Below, one piece after another: positions 29,117 to 39,979 of a stretch of DNA of 64,000 nt (its first letter is position 1; each line of letters begins with the position of its first letter). Source of the stretch: Nitrospirota bacterium (lineage in GTDB: Bacteria > Nitrospirota > JACRHJ01); the NCBI GenBank assembly GCA_963845245.1, contig CAWJRJ010000017.1:64001-128000 (forward strand). Direction: 5' to 3'. The notes below the pieces were generated by a model that saw only the letters and a program-made list of their open reading frames with translations, ran no database searches and was not told where the DNA came from. Both the position numbers and the translations under genes were made by a program.

Positions 29117-29716
29117 TTGGCTAACAAATTCTTCAGCCGGGATGTTTTAGGTAAATTAATCCTTGTATTCTCATTGGTTTTTATAATCTCAGCATTGTAC
29201 TTTCTTTCCAATATCAAACCAAAGAAAACTGCATCTGCGCATATTTATAACTATAAAGGCATGGTTATAGAAGGCCTTGATTTTGTAGACCTTGATCTTG
29301 ACACAGTGCGGCTGAGGGTTAAGGCCGAAAAAGCACAGCTCGTAAACAGGCAATACGGTTTCTTTCGGTTGGCGCTGGGTAAAGTCCTTGAACTCGATAA
29401 GCCGGACTTTGAAATATTCAATGAGGGCGGGAAAATCGAAATAAAGGCTGTAGGCGCCCTGGTTGACCCAGAGAAGAAGTCCGTGACATTCCAGGGTGAA
29501 GTTGAGGTTCTCGGGGCTGATAGCGGTAATATCAGTGCCGACCGATTAATTTGGGAATATTCCCGGTCGCGTATTGAAATAAAGGGAGGATATGCTTTAA
29601 AAAGGGCTGGAAAATCAGTCAAAATAATGGACACGGATCTTGAGCTGGATCTGCCTGATGCTCATGGTCAAAAGGAGAAAAAGGAGGCTATGGGGCTATG
29701 CGTAAAAGGCTTATAA
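29117..29716 (+). CDS. LptC/OstA-like beta-jellyroll membrane-anchored protein
   Basis: N-terminal TM; VKAEKA, IKA..A..D, V.F.GEVEV, ISADRLIW; TTG start inferred from RBS aaaggt. Confidence 0.55.
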   Translation: MANKFFSRDVLGKLILVFSLVFIISALYFLSNIKPKKTASAHIYNYKGMVIEGLDFVDLDLDTVRLRVKAEKAQLVNRQYGFFRLALGKVLELDKPDFEIFNEGGKIEIKAVGALVDPEKKSVTFQGEVEVLGADSGNISADRLIWEYSRSRIEIKGGYALKRAGKSVKIMDTDLELDLPDAHGQKEKKEAMGLCVKGL

Positions 29717-31302
29717 AAGCGGCTGCCGTTGCCGGTATCGCTGGAACAATTATTCTGGCGGCAACGGTCGGATGGTCGAAGGTTGGGAATTTTATCAGGT
29801 TGAACTGGAATGGCAACAGCAGTGTTCAAGCCCGCGATAATCAGGACAAGAGCGTATCAGCGGTCAGCCTTACGGCAGACGAGCTCGTTACACAAGGACG
29901 CGGCCTGCTGGCCGCAAACGATATAGTCGGTGCGAACCAGAAGTTTGCTCTCGCTCTAAAGACAAATAAACTCAACAAGGATGCCAATTTCTTTTATGCT
30001 ATAACCAGGATTCCCGCGCTCTACCAGGGTCCTGCGCTTGCGAATAGCACGAATACGGGTACTCTCTGCGGTTTGTTGAAAGCTTTCGGATATCAAGGAA
30101 CTTTTGACCTGTTCCATTTTAATGCTGCCATGCAGAGAGACGCCCTCGGCCATACCTATTTCCCGGCAAGTTCGCCAAGTCCGGCAAAGGTTACGAGCTT
30201 CCTTGTAAAGAAGGTCGTGAAGGAGATAGACGGAGCGCTGGCAAACCTTGCAGTCCTTACCCCGGACTATACCGTGACGTTGACTCCGGCGGAAACGAAG
30301 GCTGTTGACAGCATCCTGATCGATGCTGGTGATATAGCGATGTACAAGTCGATCCTTGACCTGACCAAGTCCACCATACTTATATCCGCCGCCTATAATA
30401 CGGATATAAAGCCGTACGACCTGTACAATGCTAAAGTCGCCAAAGGATACCTCAGTATCCAAAACGACATATTGAACCCGAAAAAGAAATTTATGACTGT
30501 TGCAAAAGCCTCTTCATTGGTCACGGCAAAGGCGGCGCTCCACAATTCAATAACTGATTATATATATGCCTCCGATTACATAAGGAACGTCAGGCCGCCG
30601 GACCATATCGGGGACCTCGTGACCTTCGACCCCTCATTCTTATCGGAAGAAGAATTTTTCAGGGGTAAACTTTCTGAACTGGACAGTTCGTTAAATGCCT
30701 CGACATATTTTGTATTTCCATCTTCCCATGGCTTCAACGACCTTAATTTAAACCTCTCGAAGATGTTTAGCGCTACGCCTGTTAGCCCGCGTTCTCTGCT
30801 ACCTGCGTTTGACCCCATCACAAACCAGGTAATGCCTGGCACTCTGCCCGACAAAAAGTTTGGCGGGATATTGCCAGGTTATTGGATTTCCCTGTTCAAG
30901 GAAACCAATGGCTTTTCTAATTCTGCGGGGTCAGAATATCTTGTCAGGGTAAAAGTAACGGATATGATCAGCAAGCCCATGGCGGGCCTCACCGTTACCT
31001 TATCCTTTGATAACGGAGACCCGGACCTGACGCTCTACGACGACGGGACTCAAGGGGATGAGACCGCTAACGACGGCGTCTACTCGAACGCACATTGGTC
31101 TTCGGCGACAGCCGGCCACGTGAACCTTACATATACTGCGACCGACGGGGCTAGCCCGGACGCGCATGCATGGCAGGGTGGAGATATATATAGGTTCTAT
31201 TTAGTATGCCATGAGGTTGCGGGGGCATGGGTTAGCTCCCGCAACCTTATCCTAACGGGGATTTATATTTCATGTTTTATAAAGCAATATCCTTTACCTT
31301 AG
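29698..31302 (+). CDS. large secreted protein with C-terminal LYDDG..GD..ANDGVYS (choice-of-anchor X-like) domain
   Basis: signal anchor, TPR-like segment, LYDDGTQGDETANDGVYS; true 3' end uncertain (hairpin at about 31213-31248). Confidence 0.65.
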   Translation: MRKRLIKAAAVAGIAGTIILAATVGWSKVGNFIRLNWNGNSSVQARDNQDKSVSAVSLTADELVTQGRGLLAANDIVGANQKFALALKTNKLNKDANFFYAITRIPALYQGPALANSTNTGTLCGLLKAFGYQGTFDLFHFNAAMQRDALGHTYFPASSPSPAKVTSFLVKKVVKEIDGALANLAVLTPDYTVTLTPAETKAVDSILIDAGDIAMYKSILDLTKSTILISAAYNTDIKPYDLYNAKVAKGYLSIQNDILNPKKKFMTVAKASSLVTAKAALHNSITDYIYASDYIRNVRPPDHIGDLVTFDPSFLSEEEFFRGKLSELDSSLNASTYFVFPSSHGFNDLNLNLSKMFSATPVSPRSLLPAFDPITNQVMPGTLPDKKFGGILPGYWISLFKETNGFSNSAGSEYLVRVKVTDMISKPMAGLTVTLSFDNGDPDLTLYDDGTQGDETANDGVYSNAHWSSATAGHVNLTYTATDGASPDAHAWQGGDIYRFYLVCHEVAGAWVSSRNLILTGIYISCFIKQYPLP

Positions 31303-31820
31303 CCTTGTTTTTAATCGAAAGCTCCGCCTATGCCGGTTCGTATCTGGTTCAGTTGAAAAACGGCAACTCCCTTTCCGTTAACTCCTACAAAGTCGTTAAC
31401 AAAAAAATCTATCTCAAATATCCTGTAGGTGAAGCCGGTATCCCTGTACAGGATGTTTTATCTATCACCGGAGAGGAAGGGGCGGTTGATTTTTTACAGA
31501 GCAATGGCGAGGCTGGCAAAAAGGTTGCCAGAGCCCCGGAGGGTCCGGCCAGCGTGAAAAAATCCTCTCCTGCAGTTGTCACACCGAAAAAGAAAAATGG
31601 CTTAAGGTTGGCCGGTTTGAAGGAAAAAATCAAACACAGTGCAAAATCAGGCAAGGACCCGATACTGCTTAAAAAATTGGCCAGCGGGAAAAAAATCGAC
31701 GAGAGCAAATACGTTAAAGAGTATTTAGCGGCTGATGCTCAAAAGAGAGACGAAATCAATAAAAACCCCGATCCGGCCGTTTCCGACGTGCTGGATGACG
31801 GGACATCAGCCGAAGAGTAA
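31272..31820 (+). CDS. secreted hypothetical protein
   Basis: signal peptide AYA, VQLKNGNSL small beta domain, Lys-rich tail. Confidence 0.65.
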   Translation: MFYKAISFTLALFLIESSAYAGSYLVQLKNGNSLSVNSYKVVNKKIYLKYPVGEAGIPVQDVLSITGEEGAVDFLQSNGEAGKKVARAPEGPASVKKSSPAVVTPKKKNGLRLAGLKEKIKHSAKSGKDPILLKKLASGKKIDESKYVKEYLAADAQKRDEINKNPDPAVSDVLDDGTSAEE

Positions 31821-31935
31821 TAAAGACCTCTAAGATATCCGCCCCTCAGATGGGACACAAGGGCGGCTTTTATCTTCATATCCGCGCTGCACGGCCTCTC
31901 CCCACTTCTTTTAGTCATTTACCGATTTAGTAAAC

Positions 31936-31973
31936 AATAAAAAGGCTGCGAGGAAACTCGCAGCCTTTTTATT
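31936..31973. terminator. bidirectional intrinsic terminator
   Basis: aataaaaaggctgcgag-gaaa-ctcgcagcctttttatt. Confidence 0.8.
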
Positions 31974-32236
31974 TTCAGATGAATTTATTGATTAGCATTT
32001 TAAATTAGTATTAGTATTTTTATGTTGATTTAATCAATTATAGAATATATTATTGATGTAAGTAATAAATAAGCCAAAACTTCTATTAAATTTACTGTAT
32101 ATATAGAAATTAGCTTGTAAATACAACAGGAGTTAAATATAAAACGGAAGGAGGTTGTATCATAATATACTGATATTAAAATGGGCTGAATAGTATGTAA
32201 TATGTGGAATTTTACCATGAGTTTTAAGGAGGCCTA

Positions 32237-33583
32237 ATGAGAAGGTTGTTTAAAGTATGGTTGTTAACTGTTTCCATGATTGTCCTTACCGCCGCGGCTG
32301 CGCTTGCCGCCTCTATCACGTCGGCTACAGTAGATTATGCCACCAACCAACTTGCCATAACTGGCACTGGATTTTCAACTTCACCCAATATTGTCTTTAA
32401 TGGCTCCTCGTTAACGGTCGTAGGTACGCCGACCTCGACAAATGTTACCGCTCAGTTGCCAGGCGGTATTGGGCAGGGCTCGTATAAGCTGACAGTCGGT
32501 AGTTCACCAGCATTTGAAGTGACATACGGCGCGGTTGGTCCTCAGGGCCCGGTTGGTGCGACCGGTGCTACAGGAGCGACAGGAACTAGCGGTGCTACAG
32601 GCCCTCAGGGGCCAGTTGGTTTGACGGGTGCCACAGGCGCTACCGGCCCTCAAGGTCCGCAGGGCTTGAAAGGCGACACGGGCTTGACTGGTCCGGCCGG
32701 CCAGTCAGATGTATGTCTTAAGTCATACAGGGCGGCAATGAAGCAGTGGTATCCGAAAACCTACCCCGTGGGGGATGAGCCCTGGAGTTTGGACTTCGAT
32801 GGCGCCAACATCTGGGTGGCTAACGGATACGCAAATACCGTGACTAAACTAAAAGCCTGCGATGGTTCGCTCGTGGCTACATACAGCGTTACAAGTGCTC
32901 AGCGCGTAGTATTCGATGGCGCAAACGTATGGGTCGGCGGCTATGTCGGTGGTACGGGGTCCGTTACCAAGATGCGCGCCAGTGACGGGACAGTCTTGGG
33001 CACATATACCGTAGACGGCTACCCCATGGCTTTCGACGGTGACAACGTTTGGTTTGCGAACAATTGGAACGGCAACGTTACCAAGATGCGCGCCAGTGAC
33101 GGTGCCATCCTGGGCACATATAACATAGGGCAGTCTTATGGCATGGCTTTCGATGGCACCTACATCTGGGTGTCGAACCGGTACGCCTTTAACGTTACCA
33201 AAATGAATGCCAGCAACGGGACAATCATAGGCACTTATCCCGTGGGTAGCTATCCCGCTTGCGTAGCCTTTGATGGCGCTAACATCTGGGTGGCAAACAA
33301 TAACGACAACACCGTGACCAAGCTGAATGCCAGTGACGGGTCCCTGATAGGCACGTACAATGTGGGGAACAACCCCTTTGGCGTAGCCTTCGATGGTGCC
33401 CACATCTGGGTGTCGAATGCTTGGAGCGGTAACGTAAGCGAATTAAAGGCCAGTGACGGCTCTCTCGTGGGCACCTACACGGTTCCCAATGCGTACGGCG
33501 TCGTTTTCGACGGCGTAAATATCTGGGTTACGAGCCTCGCGAGCTACAATACCGTGACTAAGCTGCCCGTCCTCCAGTATTAA
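32237..33583 (+). CDS. secreted collagen-repeat plus YVTN/YncE-like beta-propeller protein
   Basis: signal peptide, Ig-like N-domain, about 20 Gly-X-Y triplets, seven FDGxxIWV repeats; RBS aaggagg. Confidence 0.85.
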   Translation: MRRLFKVWLLTVSMIVLTAAAALAASITSATVDYATNQLAITGTGFSTSPNIVFNGSSLTVVGTPTSTNVTAQLPGGIGQGSYKLTVGSSPAFEVTYGAVGPQGPVGATGATGATGTSGATGPQGPVGLTGATGATGPQGPQGLKGDTGLTGPAGQSDVCLKSYRAAMKQWYPKTYPVGDEPWSLDFDGANIWVANGYANTVTKLKACDGSLVATYSVTSAQRVVFDGANVWVGGYVGGTGSVTKMRASDGTVLGTYTVDGYPMAFDGDNVWFANNWNGNVTKMRASDGAILGTYNIGQSYGMAFDGTYIWVSNRYAFNVTKMNASNGTIIGTYPVGSYPACVAFDGANIWVANNNDNTVTKLNASDGSLIGTYNVGNNPFGVAFDGAHIWVSNAWSGNVSELKASDGSLVGTYTVPNAYGVVFDGVNIWVTSLASYNTVTKLPVLQY

Positions 33584-33640
33584 AATACCAGGATTTGAAG
33601 TAATGCCCCCTCATTCGACTTAAGAGGGTGGGGGAGACAT

Positions 33641-33677
33641 GATAAAGAAAGCCCGCTTCGGCGGGCTTTTCTTTATC
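33641..33677. terminator. bidirectional terminator between convergent genes
   Basis: gataaagaaagcccgc-ttcg-gcgggcttttctttatc. Confidence 0.85.
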
Positions 33678-33700
33678 TAATTCATCAGAGCTTCAAGTGA

Positions 33701-34717
33701 CTACCTCCCGACTACCAGGACCACAAAGCTGTCCTTTACCATCGCTGGACGCGGTCTAGGGTTCTCAGCGGTCGGCGCAGGGGGCGGCATAAACTGCGCG
33801 GTCGGCAGGTAGATGTTGTGGGCCTTCGGGTCGATAGCCATCGTGCGTGCTCCGCGCTGTGTAGCCACGGTCTCGGCCACCTCGAACTTGCCGGGTGAAG
33901 ACTCACGTACCACGGTCATGGTGCCCTCTCCATTAGAGCTGAACGCAAGTCCCATCTTCGGGTCGTAACCGGCCCCGTCGACTCCTTCACCGATAGGAAC
34001 AATAGCGACCATCTTGCCTGATTCCGTGTCCACGATTGCCATGAGCTTGTTGTGGCATACCGAGAAGACACGGTGGTGCTCTGCATCGATCGCCAGTCCC
34101 GTGGGCTCTTCGCAAGGTTTGAGTGACACACGCTTTGTCACGGCAAGCTTTTTGCTCTCTATTGTTACCAACTCGTTTGTGTCTTCGATGTTCACATATA
34201 CCTTGCCCTTTTCGTCCGCCACCGCGAATTCAGGCTTCCCTCCAAGCGCAATAGTAGCGGCAACCTTTCCGGTGGCCGCGTCGAACACTGTGGCGTCTTT
34301 GCTTTTGCCATTGAAGGTGAACACCCTCTTAGACGCAGGGTCGTAGAGTATGGCGTCGGGGTTTGTACCAGTATTTACATTGCCTATGACCTTGAGCGTC
34401 TTCAGGTCGAAAATGGTCGAAGTGTCCGCCCGCCCATTGCTGGTGAATCCGCGGTTAAGCTCAGGCGCCACCGCTATCCCGTGCACGCCTTGGGTGTCTG
34501 GTATATCGCCTGTCAGTTTGTCCGTGTCGATGTCCACCACCATCACGTGGCTGCCCCGGGAAATATACAGCCTCCGTGCAGCGCCGTCTACGGTCAGGTA
34601 GTCCCAGCCGCCTTCGCCGCCGAGTTGCAGTTTTTTTATCACGTGGTATCCTGGCTCAGCCGCATAACATGCACCGCTTATAAATAAACCGCAAAGCAAC
34701 AATACAAGTTTCTTCAA
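33701..34717 (-). CDS. YncE-family beta-propeller protein
   Basis: GGEGGWDYL, GVHGIA, NPDAILYDP, GARTMAID. Confidence 0.85.
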   Translation of the reverse strand: MKKLVLLLCGLFISGACYAAEPGYHVIKKLQLGGEGGWDYLTVDGAARRLYISRGSHVMVVDIDTDKLTGDIPDTQGVHGIAVAPELNRGFTSNGRADTSTIFDLKTLKVIGNVNTGTNPDAILYDPASKRVFTFNGKSKDATVFDAATGKVAATIALGGKPEFAVADEKGKVYVNIEDTNELVTIESKKLAVTKRVSLKPCEEPTGLAIDAEHHRVFSVCHNKLMAIVDTESGKMVAIVPIGEGVDGAGYDPKMGLAFSSNGEGTMTVVRESSPGKFEVAETVATQRGARTMAIDPKAHNIYLPTAQFMPPPAPTAENPRPRPAMVKDSFVVLVVGR

Positions 34718-34740
34718 GTTTCAGCCGCCTTTCGCATAAT

Positions 34741-35193
34741 TTACTTTGCCCCTATCGGTATATAGTCTATCTCCTCGAAACGGCCCAGTCTGCCAATCTC
34801 GTAGTGGTAATAGCTCCCGGTTATTGTCAAGGCCTTCTCTTTTCCATTGAGTTTCATAGTTATCCTGAACGGTGAGGCAGGATAAAAAGTCGGGTCAATG
34901 AGAGGGTACTTGGGAGTCCCTGACGAGGAGTTCACCACATTGCCCTGTTCGTCCAGCCCAACCAGCTCAAGCTGGACACCACGCAGCCCCTCGTCGTGGT
35001 TGAAAGGCTCGACGAACCCTTCGGCAACGACGGTATCGCTGTCCGTCTTGGTGATGTTCCAATGCACCTTTAAGTATATTGTGTGCTTGTGGAACTGGTA
35101 ATCCTGCACCTTGTAAGGCGCTAACATACTGGATCCATACGCGGTGCTTGCAAGGAGCAGCAGCAGTATGGCGGCAAGCGCTAATTTTTTCAT
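34741..35193 (-). CDS. secreted hypothetical protein
   Basis: RBS gaggagg, signal peptide MKKLALAAILLLLLASTAYG. Confidence 0.7.
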   Translation of the reverse strand: MKKLALAAILLLLLASTAYGSSMLAPYKVQDYQFHKHTIYLKVHWNITKTDSDTVVAEGFVEPFNHDEGLRGVQLELVGLDEQGNVVNSSSGTPKYPLIDPTFYPASPFRITMKLNGKEKALTITGSYYHYEIGRLGRFEEIDYIPIGAK

Positions 35194-35419
35194 AGGAGTT
35201 ACCTCCTCTTTAGCCCAAACTAACAATCCTATTTATATTATAAGACGAAAAGCAGCCGATGGTCGTTACAAATTTGTGTATAATTAATTATAATCAAGGA
35301 GGGTAGTATGGCAAAGAGTGGCTGCGGTCAGTTAACGGTATCCGCAGGGGCGGGGCCATGGAGCCTTGACGCCAAGCGAGGGAAGTGACACGTCGCCATG
35401 CCCGGCATATACTAATATT

Positions 35420-37085
35420 ATGAATGGAAGACGCGTTTATCCACGCATTCTGGTCTGGCTCTCCGGCATTACGGTAGCGCTCCTGTTTATCGTATTTGCT
35501 GGCTCGTACCTTTTCGATGGTCAGCTTCGTTCGTACATGGAGCGGGATATAAACCGGGAACTGAAAGGGTACACCGTGACCCTTGAAGGCGCGCACTTCC
35601 AGCCACTCGATATCGGCCTGACCCTGAAAGGCGTCACCATTGCCCAGGACGCCAACCCCAAGCCACCAATCGCGTATTTCCCGGTATTCAAGGCCAGCCT
35701 CAACTGGCTGCCGCTCATGCGGGGACGCGTAGTGGGTGAGCTGCACCTTGAAAGCCCCAGGCTGCACATTGACCTTACCCAGTTGCTCCATGAGGCCGCC
35801 CGGAAATTCCCCGTGAAGAAAGGCGGGTGGCAGCAGGCATTTGCGGCTATATACCCGCTAAAGATAAACCGGCTGACAATCAGCGACGGCGACTTCACTT
35901 ACATCGACACAGACCCCAAAAGACCGCTCCACATTTCAAAGCTGAGTGTGACGTCGTCCAACATCCGAAACATCGACTCGCCTGATAAGACCTACCCCTC
36001 GCCCTTTCACTTGGATGGCATTATCTTCGACAAGGGAAGCCTGACGATCGACGGCTCAGCGGACTACATGGACAAGCCGTTCCTAGGTATTAAGGCTTCA
36101 TACCGGCTGGGCGGTGCCCCGCTAGACGGCTTCAAGCCGGTGCTCGCCCGTGGAAACCTTAAGCTCTCGGGCGGCATGATAGACAGCACGGGCGAACTCG
36201 AATACTCTGCCAGGGTAAAGAACGCGCACGTGACAGATTTCGCAATAAAGGCTGTGCGGCTCGACTATGTCCATTCGTACGGCTACGGCCAGGGCCGAGG
36301 AGGCACGCGTGGAGAAGGTGAAGGAGGTCGCGAAAAAGGCGGCCGCCGAGTCAGGTCTTGTCATGCGCGTTGACCGGCTGCGCATAAGCGACAGCGAGTT
36401 CGGATACTTGAACCAGGCCACGAGCACGCCATACCGCGCATACTTCACGGACTTCAACTTAACCATGACCAACCTGTCCAACCGGTTCAGCCGTGGCACG
36501 GCGGACGCCCGCATGACAGGGAAGTTCATGGGCAACGGGCCCACGACCGCCACCGCCTCGTTCAGGCCTGAGACCCATGGGCCGGACTTCGACCTGAATA
36601 TCGCCGTGAGGGATACGCGGCTTGACACGATGAATAACCTTGTCAGGGCGTACAGCAACCTGGACCTGTCAGGCGGGCAGTTCGCTATGGACCTGGACGT
36701 GCATATAAAGAACGGACAGATCAATGGATATATACAGCCCTTCTTCAAGGATATGGTGGTCTCCGACAGGCGCAATGAAAGCGAGAAGAAGCTATCGCAC
36801 ACGCTCTATGTGGCGTTCCTTAACGTAGTAACGAAGGTCTTTAAAGACCGGGAGAGCAATACGGTCGCGACCCGTGCGACCATATCCGGCACCGTCCAGG
36901 ACCCGAAGGTCAGCACTACCGAGATCATCGGGAACCTTATAAAGAACGCCTTCTTCCACTCCATCCTGCCCGGGATAGAGAAGGAGGCCTCTTCGGCGCA
37001 GGCGGGCAAGAAAACACGCGCCATTGAAAGCAGCTTCCCGCATACCTTTTTTCTTGTATTCAAGCTGCCTGCTGCGCTACACTGA
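35420..37085 (+). CDS. DUF748/AsmA-like protein (frameshift near 36270)
   Basis: ORFs 35366-36373 and 36267-37085 join; N-terminal TM, beta-rich repeats, GYIQPFF, NLIKNAFFHSILPG. Confidence 0.7.
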
Positions 37086-37115
37086 TACTCATCGCAATAA
37101 CCATCAAATATAACT

Positions 37116-38370
37116 ATGTCCAGCACGAAAAAAAATATCGCCGGTCTCCCCCTTAAACTCTTTGGCCGTGAGGCCTTCCGCGCCCTCTCCCGGAACAAGA
37201 TGCGCAGCACTCTATCTGCAATCGGGATTGCCGTCGGCATCGCCGCGGTGGTCTGCGTGGTTGCCCTCGGCACGGCCGGTTCGCAGCAGGCCGAACTTCA
37301 GCTCCAGAACCTGGGGGACAACCTCGTATGGGTCGAGGCGGGTTCCCGGAACGTGAACGGTGTGCGGTCCGGCAGCCACGGGATGACTTCCCTTACCATG
37401 GGAGACGTGGAAGCAATCAGAAATGATGTGCCGCTCATCAAAAGCGTATCTCCTAACGTGGACGGGACCATAGGCGTTATCGCGGGTAACCGCAACTGGA
37501 CGACACACTTCCGCGGCGTCACCCCCAATTATCTGGAGATCAGGCGCTGGGAAATCGCGGAAGGGGCCCCGTTCACGGACGCGGACGTGACGCGCAGCGC
37601 CAATGTCTGCCTGATAGGTCAGATAGTGTGCGACCAGCTCTTCGGACCTGACGAGGCGGTCGGCCGGGACATCCGGATGAACAACAGGATATTCCGTGTG
37701 GTCGGCGTGCTGCGCCGTGAAAGGCCAGTCAAGCTCCGGGCAGGACCAGGACGACACCATCATCTTGCCCTATACCACGGTGCAGAACAAACTGAAGGGC
37801 CAGGGTTTCACATGGCTGGACGACATCATGTGTTCGGCAGTCTCAATGACGGACGCCGAACCGGCGATCGACCGGATCAACGCCCTTCTGCGCCAGCGGC
37901 ACCACCTCCAGCCCGACCAGCCGGACGATTTCAACATCCGTCATCCTGAAGACGTCATCAAGGCCATGATTGCCGCCAAACGGACGTTTTCGCTCTTTCT
38001 CATAAGCGTCGCCTGTATCGCCCTGCTTGTCGGCGGGATCGGGATAATGAATGTTATGCTTGTATCGGTTACAGAGAGGACGCGGGAAATCGGCATACGC
38101 CTCGCCGTCGGGGCCACGGCTAAGGATATTCATCTTCAGTTCCTGGCGGAGTCCATCATGCTGGGCCTGTTCGGCGGCCTGCTTGGGGTCTTTGTCGGAG
38201 TAGGGGGCTCTTTCATTATAGGCTACGTCTTTAAATGGCCCATGTCCATCCCTGTTCAAGCCCTGATTGTCGCTCCGCTATTTTCAATCGGGGTGGGCAT
38301 CTCCTCCGGCTTCTATCCGGCGTGGAAGGCCTCCCAGCTCGACCCGATCACCGCCCTACGTCTTGATTGA
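37116..38370 (+). CDS. MacB-like ABC transporter permease (frameshift near 37715)
   Basis: RSTLSAIGIAVGI; VGGIGIMNVMLVSVTERTREIGIR; YPAWKASQLDPITALR. Confidence 0.88.
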
Positions 38371-38406
38371 GTTATACGCTTCCCAAACCTGTGTTATCTT
38401 AATAGT

Positions 38407-39270
38407 ATGATCAAATACGGCATAGTAGTGCATGGGGGCGCAGGGTCGCCTGAAAGCTTCTCCGATGGCTGCAGGAAGACCTGTGAGGCCGGGTCCCGCA
38501 TGCTGAAAATCGGCAAGTCCTCCCTTGACGCAGTGGTCGAGGCTGTGAGGATGCTGGAGAACGATAAGCGGTTCAATGCGGGGTATGGTTCTGCGCTTCG
38601 CATCGACGGGAAAACAGTGGAGATGGACGCCGCCCTGATGAGTTCTATCGGTGATATCGGCATCGTCATAAACATCCGGGACGTCAAGAACCCCATACTC
38701 CTCGCACGCGCCATCCTCGATACTCCGCATGTGGCCCTCGCAGGGCGCGGTGCGGAAGAGTTCGCAAGGGAGCTCGGTTTTAAACCATTCTCCCGCATTC
38801 CATCGGAATCAATAAAGCGTTATCACGAGTTGACGAAGGCCCTCAAGGATACATCCCCGGAGGAACGAAGCCGGTTCTGGGAGAAGTATATACCATCCGA
38901 TACGGTGGGGGCGGTGGCCGTCGACAGGGACGGGGTCTTCGCCGTAGCCACATCCACGGGCGGCGCTGTCCCGATGATGGTCGGGAGGGTAGGGGATGCC
39001 CCTATGCCCGGATGCGGCTTTTATTGCGGAGAACACGGCGCGGTGGCCTTTACGGGGCTGGGGGAAGAGATCATCAAAAAGATGTCTTCTAAGTTTGTTT
39101 ATGATTTATTGGCCAGGGGAGCCGGTACGGAGAATGCATGCCGGGAAGCGCTGGAGCTTTTCCCGCCTGCACTCAGGACCGGGGCCATAGCGATTTCAAA
39201 AGATGGTCATGCGGCCATCTCGAACAAAGGCATGGCGAGTCATGCCATAGTCTTGACAAACCCACGCTAG
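38407..39270 (+). CDS. iaaA: isoaspartyl peptidase / L-asparaginase (Ntn hydrolase)
   Basis: VHGGAG, FNAGYGS, DTVGAVA, ATSTGG, GRVGD, TGLGE. Confidence 0.88.
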   Translation: MIKYGIVVHGGAGSPESFSDGCRKTCEAGSRMLKIGKSSLDAVVEAVRMLENDKRFNAGYGSALRIDGKTVEMDAALMSSIGDIGIVINIRDVKNPILLARAILDTPHVALAGRGAEEFARELGFKPFSRIPSESIKRYHELTKALKDTSPEERSRFWEKYIPSDTVGAVAVDRDGVFAVATSTGGAVPMMVGRVGDAPMPGCGFYCGEHGAVAFTGLGEEIIKKMSSKFVYDLLARGAGTENACREALELFPPALRTGAIAISKDGHAAISNKGMASHAIVLTNPR

Positions 39271-39355
39271 CTTTAGGCATTGTGTTTGGGGTGTTATTCT
39301 GGACGCGGACGCAGCAACCAAAAGAAGGACGGGGTGCAGGTGTTTCATGCCCAAT

Positions 39356-39976
39356 TCAATTTGCCTCATCTTGAATCAAAGGCCCTATCGCTCCCGACAT
39401 TTCCCTGCTTAACCCTTCAAAAGCCCGGCTCATAGCCGCGACCCGAGCCGCGTATCCAGTACCTTCTATCTTCTCCTCTACTGTGTTTGTACGAAGTGGT
39501 ACCACGGCTGCTCCGTCCTTACCCGTCAATATCCATTGCGCTCTTAGAAAAACAGTCCCTCCGGGCATTATGTCAAGTCGAACGATGTCAACTCTCAGCC
39601 TGTAGTCCACGGCCATGGCCGGCCTGGTCATAGAGACCTGGGTACCTTCCCGCGCGAGGAGTAATGTCAGGTCATCCATAAGCACCCGCGTGATGTCATC
39701 CCGAAGCGAACCGGCCCATCTGTTATATTCGGACACTACGAGTTCGTTCTGACCGCTCCGGGAGACTATTTGTGGTCTATCCAGGTAGTCCGGTATGTCA
39801 ACCGGGTCCAGCCTTATTGTTATGGCGCGGCCTTCCGGTGACGCGCCCTTCTTCGGCTCTGCGCCTTCCGTAGAGCTTAATGAATAAAACTTCGCTGGTA
39901 TCGTGCTGCCGCAGCCGGACGAAAAAAGTGCGCATGCAAAAAAAAGTAGTATAAACCTGGATATGTGTTTATGCAA
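39356..39976 (-). CDS. pqiC: PqiC-like ABC-type auxiliary lipoprotein
   Basis: lipobox SSGC; FYSL, IPDYLDRPQIV, RWA. Confidence 0.8.
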   Translation of the reverse strand: MHKHISRFILLFFACALFSSGCGSTIPAKFYSLSSTEGAEPKKGASPEGRAITIRLDPVDIPDYLDRPQIVSRSGQNELVVSEYNRWAGSLRDDITRVLMDDLTLLLAREGTQVSMTRPAMAVDYRLRVDIVRLDIMPGGTVFLRAQWILTGKDGAAVVPLRTNTVEEKIEGTGYAARVAAMSRAFEGLSREMSGAIGPLIQDEAN

Positions 39977-39979
39977 CGT

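Noticed and set aside
31150..31302. C-terminal tail of ORF 29698-31302 as real protein
   Set aside because: Reads through a terminator-like hairpin into the next gene; probably a frameshift artefact with a true stop near 31200.
32962..33102. 27-bp exact repeat as a DGR template/variable pair
   Set aside because: Both copies are in-frame propeller blades of one gene; no adenine-specific variation or reverse transcriptase.
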